From the NCBI GenBank assembly GCA_963706185.1, contig CAVPLZ010000010.1, positions 118,710-182,709 of the forward strand: a stretch of DNA of 64,000 bases, given 5' to 3'. The position numbers were made by a program, and so were the translations under genes. Positions within the stretch are counted from its first letter, which is position 1; every line of letters starts with the position of its first letter. The notes under the pieces were generated by a model. It was not told where the DNA came from. It saw only the letters and a list, made by a program, of their open reading frames with translations, and did no database searches. Positions 60,765-64,000 of this stretch are shown piece after piece. This DNA comes from an uncultured Actinomycetota bacterium (GTDB lineage: Bacteria; Actinomycetota; Actinomycetes; Mycobacteriales; Nakamurellaceae).

Positions 60765-61614
60765 TCAGGAGAGCAACGAGGCCCCGGACAGCGCGAACAG
60801 CACCAGGTCGGCCGCTGCCACCAGCAGCGCGGCCAGGAACAGGATGCGCAGATGCTGCCCGCGCAGGGCAACGAGCACTCCGGTCGCCACCACCACGGCG
60901 AGCACCACGGCCGCCGCCCACATCCAGGGCGGCGGCCGTCCCGGTGGTCCGGCCATGATCACCGTGGACGCGACCAACAGCAGCACCGGGCCGACCACGG
61001 CGGAGACACGACGACCGAGCCGGTGCGGCAGGCCGCGGATGTCGGTGGCCGCGTCGTCGTCCAGGTCCGGCAAAACATTCAGGAAATGGGCGGCCACGCC
61101 GAGCAGCGCGCCGGCCAGCATCGCCCAGCCGGCCGGCCACGGATGGCCGGGAAGGGCCAGGGTGGCCACCGCGGGCAGCAGGCCGAACGCCACCGCGTAC
61201 GGCAGGAACGAGAGCCAGGTGGCCTTCAACCCCAGGTTGTACGCCCAGCCGCAGGCCACCACGGTGAGCGCGGCCAGGCCCGGTGCGTAGTCCCAGCAAC
61301 AGGGACAGCAGCACGGTCAGCGCCAGCGCGATGCCCGCCGCCGCAGCTACCGTGCGGCGCGGTAACCGGCCAGCCGCCACCGGCTTGTCGGTCCGTCCGG
61401 CCAGCCGGTCCCGCGCGGCGTCCAGCGCGTCGTTCGACCAGCCGATCGACAGCTGGCCGGTGAATACGGCGGCGACCACGAGCAGCCCCGTCCCCCACGG
61501 CAGCCCAGCCAGCGCGGCCAGGCCGGCGGTCAGCGCGGTGACCGCGACCGTCGGCGCCGGATGGCAGGCCAGGGCCAACTGCCCGACCGTCGACCACCAC
61601 CGCTGCTGCTCCAC
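60765..61614 (-). CDS. UbiA-family prenyltransferase (AgqD-like), frameshifted near 61285
   Basis: ACHPAPTVAVT, GQLSIGWSNDALDAARD..R.DKP, WAYNLGLK, NVLPDLDDD. Confidence 0.88.
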
Positions 61615-61755
61615 CTATCTGCCCGTCACTCGTCGCACTGTATGGCCGCGCGCGCTGGGACGTACGGTGACGCGATGAGCGAGCGCCAGCGAGCGAATCA
61701 TCGGCACTTCATGACGCAACCCAATCCGAGCGTCAGCGAGGAGAGGGTCACGTCA

Positions 61756-62814
61756 GTGAGCACAGTGGCGGCCGTCGAAGCCGTTCTGCCGCCGCATCGG
61801 TACCCCCAGCAGGTGATCACCGAGGCGTTCGCCGAGGTCTGCCTCGGCCCCGATGGCGATCGCGGTGTGCTCCGCCGGTTCCACGAGAACGCCAGGGTGC
61901 GGTTCCGCAACCTGGTCCTGCCGGTCGAGGACTACCCGGCGATGGGCGACTTCACCGCGGCCAACGACACGTTCCTCGAGCACGCCGTCGACCTGGCCGC
62001 CGACGCGGTCGCCGGCGCGCTGCAAGCAGTGCGGACTCTCGGCCGGCGACGTCGATGTCATCGTCTCGACCACGGTCACCGGCGTCGCCGTGCCCTCGTT
62101 GGAGGCCAGGGTCGCCGGCCGGCTGGGGCTGCGGGCCGACATCGTCAGGGTGCCGCTGTTCGGGCTCGGCTGCGTGGCCGGGGCCGCGGGCATCGCCCGG
62201 CTGCACGACCTGCTGGTCGGTCGACCGGATGGGATCGGCGTGCTGCATCTCCGTCGAGTTGTGCTCCTTGACGGTTCAGCGCGGTGATCGTTCCGTGGCG
62301 AACCTGGTGGCCAGCGGGCTTGTTCGGCGACGGCGCGGCCGCGGTGGTGATGACCGGAGCGCAACCGGGCGGCGTCCGGTCCGCGTGTGCTGGCCACCCG
62401 GTCGCATCTGTACCCGGACACCGAGCGGACGATGGGCTGGGACATCGGCGCGCAGGGGTTGCGGATCGTCCTCGACTCCTCCGTTCCCGACCTGGTGCGG
62501 CAATACCTCGGTGAGGACGTGCGCCGGTTCCTGGCGGACAACGGTCTGACCGTCGCCGACGTGGCGGCCTGGATCTCGCACCCGGGTGGGCCCAAGGTCA
62601 TCGAGGCCATCGAGAACGAGCTCGGGCTCGGCCCGGACGCCCTGGCGCTGACCTGGCGGTCGCTGGCCGAGGTCGGCAACCTGTCGTCGGCGTCCGTCCT
62701 GCACGTGCTGGCCGACACGCTCGACCGGCGTACGCCGGCGGCGGGCGAACTACGGGTTGCTGCTGGCCATGGGACCCGGGCTTCTGTTCGGAGCTGGTGT
62801 TGTTGCAGTGGTGA
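61756..62814 (+). CDS. Type III polyketide synthase (SrsA/AgqA-like), frameshifted
   Basis: VTGVAVPSLEAR, FGLGCVAGAAG (catalytic Cys), VELCSLT, LFGDGA, HPGGPKV, GNLSSASV, AMGPG. Confidence 0.92.
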
Positions 62815-63338
62815 GCTGGTACGCCTACCTGGCGTTGCTCGCGCTGGTCGGTCTCGAGCGGATCGCCGAGCTCGTGGTGTCCGTGCGCAACCTGCGCTGG
62901 GCGCGGGCCAGTGGTGGCGTCGAGCACGGCCGACCGCACTACCCGTGGATGGTGGCACTGCACCTCGGGCTCCTCGCCGGCTGTGCGGTCGAGGCCGCCT
63001 TTCGCCCGTTCCTGCCCTGGCTCGGTTGGTCGATGCTCGTGGTGGTGCTGGCCGCGCAGGGACTGCGGTGGTGGTGCATCGGAACGCTGGGCCATCGGTG
63101 GAACACCCGGGTGGTGGTGATCCCGGGGCTTCCCCCGGTGCGGCGCGGTCCGTACCGACATTGGCGCCATCCCAACTACGTCGCGGTGGTGGCCGAGGGC
63201 ATCGCGCTGCCGCTGGTGCACACGGCTTGGGTGACGGCCGCAGTCTTCACGGTGCTCAACGCCGCTCTCCTGCGCACCCGGATCCGGGTGGAGAACGCAG
63301 CGCTGGCGGACGCTGCGGCCGCCCTGCCGGTCCGATGA
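62811..63338 (+). CDS. Isoprenylcysteine carboxyl methyltransferase family (SrsB/AgqB-like)
   Basis: ERIAELVVS.RN, HYPWMVALH, LRWWCI.TLG.RWNTRV, GPYR..RHPNY; GTGA overlap with the PKS. Confidence 0.92.
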   Translation: MSWYAYLALLALVGLERIAELVVSVRNLRWARASGGVEHGRPHYPWMVALHLGLLAGCAVEAAFRPFLPWLGWSMLVVVLAAQGLRWWCIGTLGHRWNTRVVVIPGLPPVRRGPYRHWRHPNYVAVVAEGIALPLVHTAWVTAAVFTVLNAALLRTRIRVENAALADAAAALPVR

Positions 63339-64000
63339 GCCGGGTGATCGTCTGACTCGGGTGATCGTCGCCGGGGGCGGCCCGGTCGGCCTGGCCGCCG
63401 CGATCTACGCGCGCACCGCAGGGCTGAGCGGTGACCGTGTTCGAACCGCGGACGGCGCCGGTCGACAAGGCCTGCGGCGAGGGTGTGATGCCGGCGGCGG
63501 TGACGGAGTTGGCTCGGCTGGGCGTCCGTCCGGCCGGGGTGCCGTTCCGTGGCATCCGCTACCTGGACGGCTCCGCGTTCGCCGCAGTCCCTGTTCCCCG
63601 GCCGCCCGGGGCTCGGCGTCCGCCGGACCGAGTTGTCCACCGCGCTGCTCCGGCGCGCGCTCAGACCTCGGCGTCGAGGTCGTACCCGACCGGGTGAGTG
63701 ATGTGTGGGTCGGCGCCGACGGCGTGCGGGTGGGCACTCTGGGTGCGGACTGGCTCGTGGCCGCCGACGGGCTGCACTCGCAGCTACGCGGCCTGGTCAC
63801 CGCCGTCCAGGGCGCCTCCGTGCTGCGCAGGTCGATCGCTCGGCGCATCCCTGATCTCGGCGTGCGCCGCTACGGGCTCCGCCGGCACTACCGGATCAGC
63901 CCCTGGACGGACCTGGTCGAGGTGCACTGGTCGTCCGTCGGCGAGGCCTATGTCACGCCGGTGGCGCCGGACCTGGTCGGCGTCGCGGTGCTCTGCGCGC
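63335..64000 (+). CDS. FAD-dependent monooxygenase (SrsC/AgqC-like), 3' truncated by window edge, frameshifted
   Basis: VIVAGGGPVGLAAA, DKACGEGVMP, AADGLHS, RYGLRRH, EVHWS..EAYVTPV. Confidence 0.88.

Noticed and set aside
63335-63369. 12-bp duplication CGGGTGATCGTC with an intervening TGA, as a transposon footprint
   Set aside because: No element ends nearby. A local duplication or consensus artefact at the gene start is simpler; raw reads are needed.

Overview
High-GC actinobacterial chromosome segment with about 60 genes, mostly housekeeping or accessory. It carries the 3' end of a type VII secretion ATPase (eccC), Cu/Zn/Mn metal-handling loci (ycnI-copC, a znuABC-like ABC system with a Zur-type box, mntH-mntR with a perfect palindrome), a two-component system with an ABC exporter, an amino-acid ABC importer, glycoside hydrolases (GH1, GH15), NHEJ genes (ligD, ku), a SigF/SigB-type sigma factor and the start of a type III PKS/UbiA alkylquinone cluster. 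About 25 genes are broken by short indels. This is most likely long-read consensus error, so genes are reported as reconstructed spans with approximate ends. The most unusual structure is a non-coding array of about six 79-91 bp units (41175-41650) directly upstream of a DUF222-HNH nuclease gene. Each unit has a conserved core, which in the three intact units is a PafBC/RecA-NDp-type DNA-damage promoter (TGTCGG-N10-TAGCGT), followed by a unique 21-25 nt segment. No rRNA, tRNA, cas or transposase genes were recognised. All calls are by eye from sequence motifs; no database searches were run.
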